Virus record (IMG/VR): IMGVR_UViG_3300026484_000157
Location: 62,270-126,269 of that record
DNA: 64,000 bases
Source of the DNA: a virus
Strand: one strand, 5' to 3'
Positions 1 through 10,908 of this stretch are shown here, piece after piece. The notes under the pieces are model-generated. The model saw only the letters and a list, made by a program, of their open reading frames with translations, was not told the origin of the DNA and did no database searches. The number at the start of each line of letters is the position of its first letter. Position 1 is the first letter of the stretch. Both the position numbers and the translations under genes were made by a program.

Positions 1-42
1 CATTACCTCGCTCAAAGAATAAGAACTAATAATCTATCAGAT

Positions 43-498
43 ATGTCAGTTAGATTATATAATGTATATAAAGATCTAACTGATAAAGAGATTAATTTCT
101 TAATGAATTTCGATTTATCAAAATATAATATCATTGAGGCAACAGGAGATATGGCAGGTTTCTCTGTTGAAAATGCAATCAAAAATGGGGCACATTTTGA
201 TATTGCAGTATTGGATATTATTTTAGGTGGATATAAAATATCTAAAAGTGAGAACATAATATATGATGGAATTGATATTTATAAAATGCTCATAGAATCT
301 AACCCAAAAATAATAATCAAATTTTACACTGGTTGTGTTCTCTCAAAATATAGCTATGAATCAATTAAATTCGACAAAATTTTTGGTGATGATATTAATA
401 ATTATGCAATTATTAAAGATGAAGACTTCAAATTCAGAAGAAAACAACTATTAAAAATACTAATTAAATCGGAAAAGCTGATAAATGAAAGCAATTAA
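43..498 (+). CDS. Response-regulator receiver-domain protein
   Basis: DIAVLDIILGG (phospho-acceptor Asp), DG..., FYTG, later K; overlaps the histidine kinase gene. May be 5'-truncated or preceded by genes outside the window. Confidence 0.7.
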   Translation: MSVRLYNVYKDLTDKEINFLMNFDLSKYNIIEATGDMAGFSVENAIKNGAHFDIAVLDIILGGYKISKSENIIYDGIDIYKMLIESNPKIIIKFYTGCVLSKYSYESIKFDKIFGDDINNYAIIKDEDFKFRRKQLLKILIKSEKLINESN

Positions 499-1840
499 AC
501 TAGATGAATCAATAAGGTCAAGAATTAACAGAAGTTTGTTATCTTATCTAATATTAGTCATAACAAGTTATAACCTATTTACTTATTTTGTCACAACCAA
601 TTATGTGGATCAACAAAACCAACTAGTAACTGAAATAACTAAAGAGATGAACGATTTTGATCCTGAGGTTGTATGTAACATAACTGGGTGTGACTCAATA
701 ACAATATATACAAATACTAATAAAGAAATCACATATAGAAGTATTAATGGCTCTTTAGAAAAGATAAACTATGAAGAGTTACCAAGTCACATAAGCATAG
801 GATCACTACAAATATTCACTGATTTATCTTTGGGATTTAGCACTAAATATAATACGAATATTCGGATACCTCTTCCATCATTCTTAATAATATTATCTAT
901 CTCATATGTGGTATTCATAATTTTATCAGTATCATTATTTAGAATGTTCCTTAATAATATTGCAGTCGAATCTAAATGGGCTGATATTATGAATTTTGCA
1001 GGTAAAGAAGCTCAATTATCAAACAAAAACATGACCCTATTAACTGAGGATATACATCATGAGATGAAGACTCCACTAGCAATAATAGTAAACAAGGTTG
1101 ACTATCTACGAGAATTCATATATGATCTTCAAAGAATTGTTAACAGTTCAACTGCAGATAGGGGATACCAACGGAAGTTAGACTTAAAAATTATGGGATG
1201 TAAGATGGAATGTGCATCTTGTTTGGCTTTTAAAAAAGGAACTGGATGCACGAGTTTAAACAAGAATGCTAAAATTGAAGAGGCTTTTGAATTAATCGAC
1301 TTTTATACTAACTCAATATATAACATATTAGAGAGAATGAAAAACTTCAAGAATATTAAATATTCAAATGGTAACAAAACATTATATGACATTGTAAATG
1401 CATCGGTATCGACAATGAAGTTACATCATAAAGGATTATTTGAATATTTAATTGATGACAATCTAAAAAACCTAAAATTAGACCATGATGGGCTAAAAAA
1501 TGAAGATCTACTGAATCTATTTCTTAATCACATAAAGAACTCACTTGAAGCTAACTCTACTTTCATATCAATAAACACAATCCAATATAAAGACAGATTT
1601 ATTTACATTGATATTGTTGACAATGGAAATGGGATACCTAATGAAGCCTTAAACCAAGTATACGATCCTAATTTTTCAACTAAATCAGGTAATGGTGATG
1701 TAAGAGGTATTGGAATGTACCTAGCAAAATCAATACTGAAGATAGCAGGTGGAGATGAAGAGGTAAAAGAAACAAGTAAATCAGGAACAGTTCTTCGGCT
1801 TTGGTTTCCAGCGATATATAATAAGGAAGATGTGAAATGA
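485..1840 (+). CDS. Membrane sensor histidine kinase
   Basis: Two hydrophobic segments; H-box HHEMKTPL; N-box NHIKNSLEAN; G1 DNGNGI; F-box YDPNFSTK; G2 GIGMY. Confidence 0.92.
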   Translation: MKAIKLDESIRSRINRSLLSYLILVITSYNLFTYFVTTNYVDQQNQLVTEITKEMNDFDPEVVCNITGCDSITIYTNTNKEITYRSINGSLEKINYEELPSHISIGSLQIFTDLSLGFSTKYNTNIRIPLPSFLIILSISYVVFIILSVSLFRMFLNNIAVESKWADIMNFAGKEAQLSNKNMTLLTEDIHHEMKTPLAIIVNKVDYLREFIYDLQRIVNSSTADRGYQRKLDLKIMGCKMECASCLAFKKGTGCTSLNKNAKIEEAFELIDFYTNSIYNILERMKNFKNIKYSNGNKTLYDIVNASVSTMKLHHKGLFEYLIDDNLKNLKLDHDGLKNEDLLNLFLNHIKNSLEANSTFISINTIQYKDRFIYIDIVDNGNGIPNEALNQVYDPNFSTKSGNGDVRGIGMYLAKSILKIAGGDEEVKETSKSGTVLRLWFPAIYNKEDVK

Positions 1841-2091
1841 GAAAACTACCATTAATAATAACATTATCTTTATCAATATCAGTATATGCAGCAGAGAATA
1901 ATATTAATGATATAATATGCAGAAGATATTATGAATCTCATAATATTGATCCAAATATCAGATCATATAACGGTTGGTTAAGATATTATAAAAATAATAA
2001 TATAACTATTTCTTCTGAACTCAAATTATGTCTTAAGAAAGACTCTTTTAATTACAATAAATATATCAATTACATGGGGAAGAAACAATGA
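1837..2091 (+). CDS. Small secreted protein
   Basis: Signal-peptide-like N-terminus ending VYA; two Cys; translational overlap with both neighbours. Confidence 0.6.
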   Translation: MRKLPLIITLSLSISVYAAENNINDIICRRYYESHNIDPNIRSYNGWLRYYKNNNITISSELKLCLKKDSFNYNKYINYMGKKQ

Positions 2092-3209
2092 AAACTCTAA
2101 TCATAACTTTAGCGGTATTATCGAGCTTATTAGCTACTGAAAATAATCCAATATTATTTGTAGATTATACATTTAACAATACAAATAATAACAGCCTAAG
2201 TTTTGCAAAAATTGATATATCAAACACCACTAAAATCGATGATGAAAACATCCTAAATTATAATTTGGTTTATTCAAGAATATCAACCAACAGTTTTATC
2301 GATCAAGGAACTGGGGATTATCCACCAAAAGATTCATTATATACTACAACTGCATATTATACACACCATTTTGGAGATAACAGCATTAATATTGGTCTTA
2401 TTCCTTTTAAAAATGGATCATATTCCGATGTTAATTATAACATAACACAAAGAGGTGATGGACTATATAACATTGTAAATGTATCTGCTTATTCAATTAT
2501 GATGACAACAAAAATAAACAACACGATGTATAAATATGGTGCGATGTTATACAACAACGAATTTTTGAACATTGAACACGATCAAGTAAAACAGAATAAT
2601 AATTCAATATTTTTAACATTTCTAACAGATACTAACATAGATTCAAAAAATAACATAACAACAAATGCATTCTACGGTAAGCCAAAATATAACGATGAAG
2701 AAGTAGCTGATATGTTTCTTACTGCAATAGGTTATAAATGGGATGATAAAGATGACACTGGATTAATAATATATACAATTATTTCTGCTTCATATATAAA
2801 CGAGAATATTTCAAATCCAATAAGAGATGATATCATTACAAAATATAATATTCCAGAACAAATGGTAGCTAGTGGCAAATCATCGGGATTTGGATATTCA
2901 ACATTGTTTGCCATCCAAAAGTCTTTTGAAACTTATTATCCAACTTCAATAACTTATGAAACACAACACAATTCTGATGAATATTATAATTTAAGTGGAT
3001 CAATGTTTAATTACGAGCGATTCGGTGGATGGGTTGGCGACTTCCAATCAATAAATTTTTCAATAAAGCCTAAGCCAAATTTGAAAATTTCTGCAAAACT
3101 AACAGAAATGACATCATCTAAAACAAAACAGCCAGGATCACTTATAAATACTATGGTAAATCCACAACATTCTAATTCTTTTTGTTTAACAATAAGATGG
3201 ATGTATTAA
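2088..3209 (+). CDS. Putative outer-membrane beta-barrel protein
   Basis: Signal peptide, alternating aromatic/polar beta strands, C-terminal aromatic residue (LTIRWMY). Confidence 0.6.
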   Translation: MKTLIITLAVLSSLLATENNPILFVDYTFNNTNNNSLSFAKIDISNTTKIDDENILNYNLVYSRISTNSFIDQGTGDYPPKDSLYTTTAYYTHHFGDNSINIGLIPFKNGSYSDVNYNITQRGDGLYNIVNVSAYSIMMTTKINNTMYKYGAMLYNNEFLNIEHDQVKQNNNSIFLTFLTDTNIDSKNNITTNAFYGKPKYNDEEVADMFLTAIGYKWDDKDDTGLIIYTIISASYINENISNPIRDDIITKYNIPEQMVASGKSSGFGYSTLFAIQKSFETYYPTSITYETQHNSDEYYNLSGSMFNYERFGGWVGDFQSINFSIKPKPNLKISAKLTEMTSSKTKQPGSLINTMVNPQHSNSFCLTIRWMY

Positions 3210-3260
3210 ATTCTCAAATTCTATCGTTTATAAATACCCAGTAAAAATCAAGGGTATAAA

Positions 3261-4781
3261 ATGTCAGATAAATTATATACAAAGTATCATCGTGGAGACA
3301 TAAGATATTATAAGCATCAAGAAGAAGGATTAATGCACCTTATCAAGCAAAAAAAGTCAATGTTATTATTGCCAACAGGTTTAGGTAAGACTCTCACATC
3401 GCTTTCTCTGTATGCACTGTTAAAACACAATAATAACGAGAACAAAAAATGCATCTTTGTTTCAACTAAGTCTGTTGTGGGGCAAGTCCATAATGATATT
3501 AATAAATTCTTCAATGGCATATCTTATGTTCATTTATTTGAAGATCCAAAGCCAAAACGAATAAAGAAATATGATCAATTCGATAAAGAAACTGATATCC
3601 TGATCATATCATATGATAATATACGAAGTGATTACCAACATATATTTAAATTGGCTAAAAAACATAACCCTTTCATAATCTGGGATGAGGGTACTGCATT
3701 TAAGAATGATCAAACCAAAGTATATAAATTAGTTAATGCAATATCCAGAGTTACAACTAGATCGACTGTATTAACAGCAACTGCTATTACAAATAAGCTT
3801 CAAGATATTGTTAATATTGCAAATGCCATTGGTATTGACATCATAACCACAACTAAGCTTCAAAGATATTATTGCAAATGGGAAACTAAACATTTTGGAA
3901 GAAGAAAAGTTAGAGAGGTAATTGGATATAAGAATATCTCAAAATTTTATGAAACAATGAAACCATTTATATTTTCAAGAAAGAAATCTGAAGTGAATGA
4001 CATTCCACCGTTCACTTTAAATAAGACATTCATCCAGAGGGATAAAAATGTAGATGAGGCACATGATGCATTAAAAGAGAGATTTAAGGCAGTCGATGAG
4101 AATGGGAATCCAGAATACGATGATAATGGAGAACAAAAATATAAACTTCCACCAGTTGGATTATATGCAATTGCTTCGGCTTGTCCATCGCTGGTTTTAG
4201 AAGATGAATCCAAATCTGTAAAATTCGACACTATTCTGTCAAAAATAGAATATGATGTAGATGAGAATGAGAAAATAATATTGTTTTGTGAATACAAATC
4301 TGTGTTATTACAACTAGAAAGACTACTTCAAATAACTTATGGGACACATACAACTGCATCAATTCATGGTGGGACAAAGAATAGACAGGCTGAAAAAGAG
4401 AGATTTATTGAAAAACCAGAATGTAGATTCTTTTTAGGTACATCGGCAATGAGTCATGGTGTTGATGGTCTTCAAGTTGCAAATAATATCTTCTTTGTGA
4501 TCCCACCATCAACAAGCGACATACTACAACAAGTGGCAGGTAGAATTTCAAGACTAAACACAACTCATACAACATTAAGTTTATATTTCTTTTTCATGAA
4601 GAACAGTATTGATTACGAATTATATTCAATGATACAAAATCAATTGGTGTTGATTAACTCAATTAACCCTGATGGCATAGACGAGGGATTGATCGATGAG
4701 GATGTAACATCTATCGGTTTCAAAACTATGGAAGAAGGTGATGAATGGATCAAATCAAGAATGAGAATGCACTTCGATTAA
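3261..4781 (+). CDS. SNF2-like superfamily 2 helicase
   Basis: PTGLGKT, IIWDEG, LTAT, QVAGRISR motifs. Confidence 0.88.
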   Translation: MSDKLYTKYHRGDIRYYKHQEEGLMHLIKQKKSMLLLPTGLGKTLTSLSLYALLKHNNNENKKCIFVSTKSVVGQVHNDINKFFNGISYVHLFEDPKPKRIKKYDQFDKETDILIISYDNIRSDYQHIFKLAKKHNPFIIWDEGTAFKNDQTKVYKLVNAISRVTTRSTVLTATAITNKLQDIVNIANAIGIDIITTTKLQRYYCKWETKHFGRRKVREVIGYKNISKFYETMKPFIFSRKKSEVNDIPPFTLNKTFIQRDKNVDEAHDALKERFKAVDENGNPEYDDNGEQKYKLPPVGLYAIASACPSLVLEDESKSVKFDTILSKIEYDVDENEKIILFCEYKSVLLQLERLLQITYGTHTTASIHGGTKNRQAEKERFIEKPECRFFLGTSAMSHGVDGLQVANNIFFVIPPSTSDILQQVAGRISRLNTTHTTLSLYFFFMKNSIDYELYSMIQNQLVLINSINPDGIDEGLIDEDVTSIGFKTMEEGDEWIKSRMRMHFD

Positions 4782-4834
4782 TCGAAAGTGCACTACAACC
4801 TATAAACAAACACAAATAAATAAAGGACTCGGAA

Positions 4835-5398
4835 ATGGCAATACAACATGATTGTAAATACTGTGGTGGCTCAGGAATAGTAATTAAGAATGGGCAAGAA
4901 CGGAGATGTAAATGCATAATAGAAAATCAACTTAAGTCTTATCTCGAACCAGCCCTTTTGAATGCAAAGATAAATAAAAAATTACTGGAGAGCCTTATTA
5001 ATGAAGGTAAAATGTCAAGATTTAGCATACTTAAAGGCAATAATGCTAAATGTCTTGGCTTGGTTAAAACATTTGTAATAAGCAAGTTTCTTCAAACAAG
5101 TGGAGATTACACATATATCTTATCAAATGACCAAGACATGCAGGATAGAATCTTTAAAGAAGATATGTTTGTATCAGACCTTATAAAGCCTGACTTCTTA
5201 TTTTATAAACTACAAGGTTATAAACACAATTCAATCCCACCAACATTATTACAAGTACTTCAGGCAAGATTGGATGAAGGGAAAGAAACATGGATATGGG
5301 CAGGTACGGATAAACATTTCGGTGCTGATACGGTATATGGATCAGAATTAGTAAGATTTTTGAGAGACGAATTTAAAATAATAGGGAAAAATAAATAA
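4835..5398 (+). CDS. Zn-ribbon protein, probable DnaC-like helicase loader (degenerate ATPase)
   Basis: N-terminal CxxCGGSG...RCxC; directly upstream of and coupled to DnaB-like gene; no intact Walker A. Confidence 0.45.
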   Translation: MAIQHDCKYCGGSGIVIKNGQERRCKCIIENQLKSYLEPALLNAKINKKLLESLINEGKMSRFSILKGNNAKCLGLVKTFVISKFLQTSGDYTYILSNDQDMQDRIFKEDMFVSDLIKPDFLFYKLQGYKHNSIPPTLLQVLQARLDEGKETWIWAGTDKHFGADTVYGSELVRFLRDEFKIIGKNK

Positions 5399-6807
5399 TG
5401 TATCAATTACCAATACTTAAAACTATAATAGAATCACCAGATTCGGTTTCACTAAATGTGATCAATGAAATAAACACTAGAAAAGATATGATATTTTTGA
5501 ACTCATCAACATCTTGTTTATTTGATACTATAAAAACATTCTACCAAAAGTATAAAAAACCACCTACAAAAGATTATCTAGAATCAATGTATGCAACCGA
5601 GAAGGATAATGAAGGTCATGAGGCATTTAAAGAGATTTATGCAGATGACATTGCCTTATCTGATAATCTTTTAGCAGTTTCAGATTTACAATTCCATTTT
5701 GGTCTGAAAACTATGATAATGAGAGTGCAAAAAGAATACAATGATAAGATAAAAATGACAAATCTTACTGACATTCAAGATGTTGCAAAAGAATTTGGGG
5801 CACAACTATCGGAGATTAATCGAAATGCATCAACATCTAATAAGGCTAAATATCGATTTGATAAAGAAACTGATGCAAGAAAAGAACTAGAAGAATATTA
5901 TAATAAAATGGAAGAATCAGGTTATGTAATTTCAAAAACATCAATAGAAAAAATCGATGAGATCTGGGGTGGTATCCAAAGAGATGATATGATAACAATA
6001 GGTGGATATACAGGGCAAGGTAAATCAACATTAGCAAGATATCTTGCATATTTACAAATTTTAGATGGTAAAAATACGGTATATATAACTACTGAAATGA
6101 CAAAAGAGTCAATTAGAGCCTATTTTATTTCAATGCATGTTAATAATAGAAAAATATGGGGTTATGGTAGACCATCAGTTTCAACTAAATCAATATTAAC
6201 AGGGGATATGACTGCAGAACAGAAAGAATTTGTTATAGAAGCATCTGAGGATTTACATAACAATCCAAAATATGGTATATTGGAGATTATTGAACCAGAT
6301 ACTTATAAGTATACCATATTGGATGCATTAGATGAAATTCAATCTATCCATAATGATGATTTTCCTATTCATCTACTGATTTGGGATTACCTAACAAATA
6401 TGAAACCAAGAGAGAAATACAGTCTTGGGAACATGAGAGAAGAATATAACAAGTCAATCTCTGATGCAAGAAGAGTTCTGCTTAATTTAGAAATACCATG
6501 GGTTGCTTGTGCACAAGTATCAAGGGGTGGATATAATGACTACATTAAGACTGGGAAGTATACCATCGATGCATTATCTGATTTCAACGAATATGATAGA
6601 TCATCTACAAAGGTAACCTTTGTTGGTCAAACTCCTGAAATGAAACAATCATCTACTTTTGAAATACAAAATGCTAAGAGTAGAAATACACCTCTATTTG
6701 AACCAATCAAAATGGTACAAGATCCAACATCAGGACTATTTCATTCTAACATATCTAATATTGATAAAGAAGATACTATGGTAATATTAGATGAACTAGA
6801 AATCTAG
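5398..6807 (+). CDS. dnaB: DnaB-like replicative helicase
   Basis: Walker A GYTGQGKST, YITTEM, IWDYL, AQVSR, KSRN. Confidence 0.88.
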   Translation: MYQLPILKTIIESPDSVSLNVINEINTRKDMIFLNSSTSCLFDTIKTFYQKYKKPPTKDYLESMYATEKDNEGHEAFKEIYADDIALSDNLLAVSDLQFHFGLKTMIMRVQKEYNDKIKMTNLTDIQDVAKEFGAQLSEINRNASTSNKAKYRFDKETDARKELEEYYNKMEESGYVISKTSIEKIDEIWGGIQRDDMITIGGYTGQGKSTLARYLAYLQILDGKNTVYITTEMTKESIRAYFISMHVNNRKIWGYGRPSVSTKSILTGDMTAEQKEFVIEASEDLHNNPKYGILEIIEPDTYKYTILDALDEIQSIHNDDFPIHLLIWDYLTNMKPREKYSLGNMREEYNKSISDARRVLLNLEIPWVACAQVSRGGYNDYIKTGKYTIDALSDFNEYDRSSTKVTFVGQTPEMKQSSTFEIQNAKSRNTPLFEPIKMVQDPTSGLFHSNISNIDKEDTMVILDELEI

Positions 6808-6866
6808 TATTAAAACTTCCACATTTTGTTTTTATAAATCAGTATAAATAAAATGTGGAGTTAATT

Positions 6867-7415
6867 TTGGAACTAAAAACACGAATAAAAAGAAATGCCA
6901 ACCTTGTATTGCTACTACTAGCACTTTCAACACAAGCAACTGCTAAAGAAGATCTATTAAAAGAACTTAATAATCTAACCCCAATTCAGAAGGCTATAAT
7001 GCTAAAGACTTTCAATAAGGCTAGACAATTTAATTATGAATATACAATGACTGCAATTGCTTGGCAAGAGTCAAAATTCGGTAAATATAAAATCAACCTG
7101 AATGATCCATCATTTGGAGTATTTCACAATCTGATATCTACAGTTCAATTAAGACATGATTCAAGAGGATCATGGGCTAGATCAAGATTAGCTGAAAGAC
7201 TTATGATAGACTACGATTTTAGTTTCACTGAAGCATTATCTGAGCTGAAATATTGGGAGAATTATTGGTCTAACAAAAGAGTACCAAAGAAATGGAGTCA
7301 TACAATTGGTAGTTATAACGGTGGGTTTACTCCAAACATGAGTTATACTGAAAAGATTAAATCAAAAATTAGAGCACTCAAAACATACTTCAAAAACAAA
7401 GGAATAACATGGTAG
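6867..7415 (+). CDS. Lysozyme-like / lytic transglycosylase
   Basis: AIAWQESKFG catalytic Glu motif, SYNGG, hydrophobic N-terminus; TTG start at 6867 chosen because GGAG precedes it. Confidence 0.75.
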   Translation: MELKTRIKRNANLVLLLLALSTQATAKEDLLKELNNLTPIQKAIMLKTFNKARQFNYEYTMTAIAWQESKFGKYKINLNDPSFGVFHNLISTVQLRHDSRGSWARSRLAERLMIDYDFSFTEALSELKYWENYWSNKRVPKKWSHTIGSYNGGFTPNMSYTEKIKSKIRALKTYFKNKGITW

Positions 7416-7573
7416 ATACATCAAACTACAATTCACTGTATGAAGAATATAACAAACTAAGGAGAAAGAATTATTTGAGTGAGGATGAAATTAAAAGAAT
7501 GCATCAAATATTCACTCCTGATTTTAAGAAATATTATATCAATAAATACACGAAGGAGAATAATAATGGTTGA
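7409..7573 (+). CDS. Small hypothetical protein (54 aa, not in ORF track)
   Basis: AAAGGA SD then ATG; overlaps both neighbours. Confidence 0.55.
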   Translation: MVDTSNYNSLYEEYNKLRRKNYLSEDEIKRMHQIFTPDFKKYYINKYTKENNNG

Positions 7574-7925
7574 AACTATAAAAAGAAGAATAAAGAAAGA
7601 AGACAGATTTCTAGAGATACTAGACTCAATGAGGAACCCCCAAATTTCTATAATAAGATCTGATGTAGGTGTTCCATCAGTTAATATATGTGCGATTGCA
7701 CAGGATGGAATATATGAGTACCAATATAATCATTCAGGAGTAATAGGAATAGATTCTTTGTTGGAAAATTTATCACATAGAATGCAACCGACTGATTACA
7801 TAGTTGAGGAAGATACTAGATCAAGAATAATATCACACATTGTTGATCTATCAAATAAACTAGATACTAACGATCTTCATGACTTAGTTCACACTATTAA
7901 GTCAAAATATCGATTTAAACTATAA
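7566..7925 (+). CDS. Hypothetical protein
   Basis: AAGGAG SD before ATG 7566. Confidence 0.6.
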   Translation: MVETIKRRIKKEDRFLEILDSMRNPQISIIRSDVGVPSVNICAIAQDGIYEYQYNHSGVIGIDSLLENLSHRMQPTDYIVEEDTRSRIISHIVDLSNKLDTNDLHDLVHTIKSKYRFKL

Positions 7926-7953
7926 CATATTACAACATAACAAAGGATTCGGA

Positions 7954-8628
7954 ATGGAAAAAATAATAGAACAAATGGCACATCTACAACATGCACTAAA
8001 TTCTAAGATACACCCAGAATGGTATAAGCAAGGAAATGACTGGGATACTGCAATCATGGTTGAGTCAGCAGAGTTGTCAGATTCTCTGCAATGGAAATGG
8101 TGGAAAAATATGGATGACGATTGGTCAAATGTAGAAGTGGAATTGGTAGATTTATTTCACTTCATACTATCTAAAATGATAGAAAAGAATAAGATGAATA
8201 TTGTGAACAAAGTGATAACTAGAGCACTTACAACATTCCAATTATCAAAGCCAATTGATGACAATGATATGAAAAGAGAACTAGTGCTTATGTTCAACAA
8301 ATCACTTGTACAAGCTACATTGGAAGATAAAATGCATGATGCAATTATGTATTGGTATAAAATGTGGCTTACTATTGGTAAAACAAAAGAAGATATCTTG
8401 AAACAATATTTTGTCAAGAACATTCTAAACACATTTAGACAAGACAATGGTTATAAAGATGGAAGTTATATCAAAGAATGGGTAGGTAAAGATGGGAGAA
8501 AATATGAGGACAATGTAATTGCATTTTACATTGCAGATGATTTAAAATTAGATGACACATTTCCAGATGAATTTGCTAAGGCATTGGATGAAGTTTATGC
8601 AGATACCAAAATTCATCATCTCAATTAA
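7954..8628 (+). CDS. dut: Dimeric all-alpha dUTPase (Campylobacter type)
   Basis: VESAEL, WKWWK, VELVDLFHF, KNILNTFRQDNGYK, EDN motifs. Confidence 0.9.
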   Translation: MEKIIEQMAHLQHALNSKIHPEWYKQGNDWDTAIMVESAELSDSLQWKWWKNMDDDWSNVEVELVDLFHFILSKMIEKNKMNIVNKVITRALTTFQLSKPIDDNDMKRELVLMFNKSLVQATLEDKMHDAIMYWYKMWLTIGKTKEDILKQYFVKNILNTFRQDNGYKDGSYIKEWVGKDGRKYEDNVIAFYIADDLKLDDTFPDEFAKALDEVYADTKIHHLN

Positions 8629-8841
8629 AACATATATCTCAGGTCTTATCCTGAGATATAAACCCCACTCTAAATATCTTCATTGTATGGATGGATCAAT
8701 AATAGAAATTAAACATACAATCACCAATAAGTGGATTTTCAGGAAATTTTATAATAACATATTGATTGCTGAAAAGTCATACAAGACGGAGAAAGAATTA
8801 TATAAAGATTCAGGAGTCTTATGAAACCCAAGGATAACAAA

Positions 8842-9099
8842 ATGTCAATATTAACAATTGAAAAAAATGCAATGATACAAATCACGAGTGACGAGCTAGA
8901 TACATACATTAAACATATAAAAAATCTAAAAATCGAACATGATCAATATGCAGTAGGATCAATTGATAATCCAAGACATATTGTGGTTGCTCAAAATCAA
9001 AAGATAATAGATTACTTAACTGAAACATTCCCACTTTCTAAGAAAGAAATTAAGAAAATTGCTTCATGTAACATGATCACATTAAAAGAAGGATACTGA
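8842..9099 (+). CDS. Hypothetical protein
   Basis: AAGGATAACAAAATG leader. Confidence 0.55.
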   Translation: MSILTIEKNAMIQITSDELDTYIKHIKNLKIEHDQYAVGSIDNPRHIVVAQNQKIIDYLTETFPLSKKEIKKIASCNMITLKEGY

Positions 9100-9101
9100 T
9101 A

Positions 9102-9926
9102 ATGGCAAACCATAAGATTAAGAAAGAATTTGAAGATTTAGAGATCTTTATCGAGGGTAACAACCCAATTGTTGAATATAAGGGTAAGTTCTATTGGATT
9201 GGAGAGGACAAATGTCCTTTTGATCATATAGACAATGTCAAAATTGAAAATCAAATAATTCCAGCATTTAGAAAATCTATTGGGATTCAACCACCAATAT
9301 CTGAGCCATATAACACTCACATGTCACAACACACTGAGTTCAAAGATGGAATTATATTAGATAAAGAATTCGGTTATCTTCCAAGTAATAGAAATCGAAT
9401 TTACAAGAAAATGCTCAATGACAACATAGATGAGGAATTCATTGTAACCAAATATGACGATGATAACAACCCAACTAGATATTGTATCAAGAATTCTTGT
9501 AACAAATGTGAATACAATGAGATCTGTAAACCAGAATTAGAAGAGATTCAATATGAAGGTCACAACCAATCAATAGTTGTATTTGATATTTCTGCCCAAG
9601 AACCAGTAATTGCAGCAGCAATAGTACATAGGGAGCCACGATGGTTGGAAACATTTAGAAACAGATCACAAAGAGAAGAATTAATTGATGTATTTCTAAA
9701 CATAGTAATTCAAGAAGAATTTGGTCTAGATATTAACCACCATACTGCTTATCAATATTGGGAATTCTTGGAATATATCGTACTAAATGAGGAACTGCTT
9801 AGTAGTTTAATCGATATGAATAATTCCTTTTATAGAATCAGAGCTAATGAGGAAGTTCCAGAATTAGAAGAGCAGATTAACTTCATGATAGACAAATATA
9901 AAGAATTTCTTAAAAGGTATAAATAA
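9102..9926 (+). CDS. Family A DNA polymerase fragment carrying palm motif A
   Basis: SIVVFDISAQEPVIAAAIVHREPRWLETFRN resembles the PolA pattern D.SQIE.R..A....D..L...F; preceded by a Cys cluster. Confidence 0.65.
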   Translation: MANHKIKKEFEDLEIFIEGNNPIVEYKGKFYWIGEDKCPFDHIDNVKIENQIIPAFRKSIGIQPPISEPYNTHMSQHTEFKDGIILDKEFGYLPSNRNRIYKKMLNDNIDEEFIVTKYDDDNNPTRYCIKNSCNKCEYNEICKPELEEIQYEGHNQSIVVFDISAQEPVIAAAIVHREPRWLETFRNRSQREELIDVFLNIVIQEEFGLDINHHTAYQYWEFLEYIVLNEELLSSLIDMNNSFYRIRANEEVPELEEQINFMIDKYKEFLKRYK

Positions 9927-10573
9927 TGAGTAAAGAACAAATCATCCAGAAAATAAAAGAGTCTTCTGAATATAAGGCTATTGAAGATGGACTGAAACTA
10001 CAAGTTGAAAACAATATAATTTCAGATTACAGAATTAATATAAGCGATGATTATATTAATTCGTTCAATGAAGATAGAACGACTGAGGTTAAGCTCATAT
10101 TAAACATTGATGTGATGCCAACTAACCCATTAAAGACAACAACTATTCAAGTGAATCCGAGACATGAGACATTGGATATGAAACCAAAATGGGGGAAAAA
10201 TGACATAGTCATACACAAGAAAACTGGATCATTAGGAGTTGTAGATAAAGATGTAAGTTACGAGAAATTCCCAGACTTCAATTGTTGGTGTGCTACTATT
10301 AACGGATTCATATATGACTGTAGAGATTGGGAATCAGCCCCATCTATTAACGGTAGAATTTGTTTGTTTAAAGATGGATCCATAACACTAGTGAATAATA
10401 TGAAAACTAGAAGATTAGTGACTGAAATCTCAAGTGGAACACACCCATATGATGCAATAATTAGAATATACAAAGATTTCGACCTATTTTATTCATCAGG
10501 GGATGCTCACATTGATTTCAGTAAAATATTTAGCAATAATGCATTCAACACTAAGGTAGGAAGACATGAATAA
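9926..10573 (+). CDS. Hypothetical protein
   Basis: 215-aa ORF, coupled start. Confidence 0.55.
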   Translation: MSKEQIIQKIKESSEYKAIEDGLKLQVENNIISDYRINISDDYINSFNEDRTTEVKLILNIDVMPTNPLKTTTIQVNPRHETLDMKPKWGKNDIVIHKKTGSLGVVDKDVSYEKFPDFNCWCATINGFIYDCRDWESAPSINGRICLFKDGSITLVNNMKTRRLVTEISSGTHPYDAIIRIYKDFDLFYSSGDAHIDFSKIFSNNAFNTKVGRHE

Positions 10574-10907
10574 TCAAATGACATCAACTGCACAATTCAC
10601 TATTGATGAATTATTTGCAATGAATGAATGCACGAATGGGACACCAATCAGAAATGAAGATGGATATTTAAAGAAATTTCTGCCTGATGACTGGTCTGAT
10701 TTTAAACATGATATTTTGATTAATGGACTTCGAGATCCAATTAAAATTGAGCTTAAAGATTCACTATATACAATAAGTGATGGAGTCCATCGGATAATAG
10801 CACTTAAGGAACTTCAAAACGAAGGGCTTTATGATAAGGATATTAAGTTAACTGTTTCAGTTACTGTATATAAGATCACAAACAAATTAAAATTCAAGGA
10901 TAACTAA
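10566..10907 (+). CDS. ParB/Srx-like N-terminal domain protein
   Basis: I..NGLRDPI...ISDGVHRIIAL. Confidence 0.7.
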   Translation: MNNQMTSTAQFTIDELFAMNECTNGTPIRNEDGYLKKFLPDDWSDFKHDILINGLRDPIKIELKDSLYTISDGVHRIIALKELQNEGLYDKDIKLTVSVTVYKITNKLKFKDN

Positions 10908-10908
10908 G

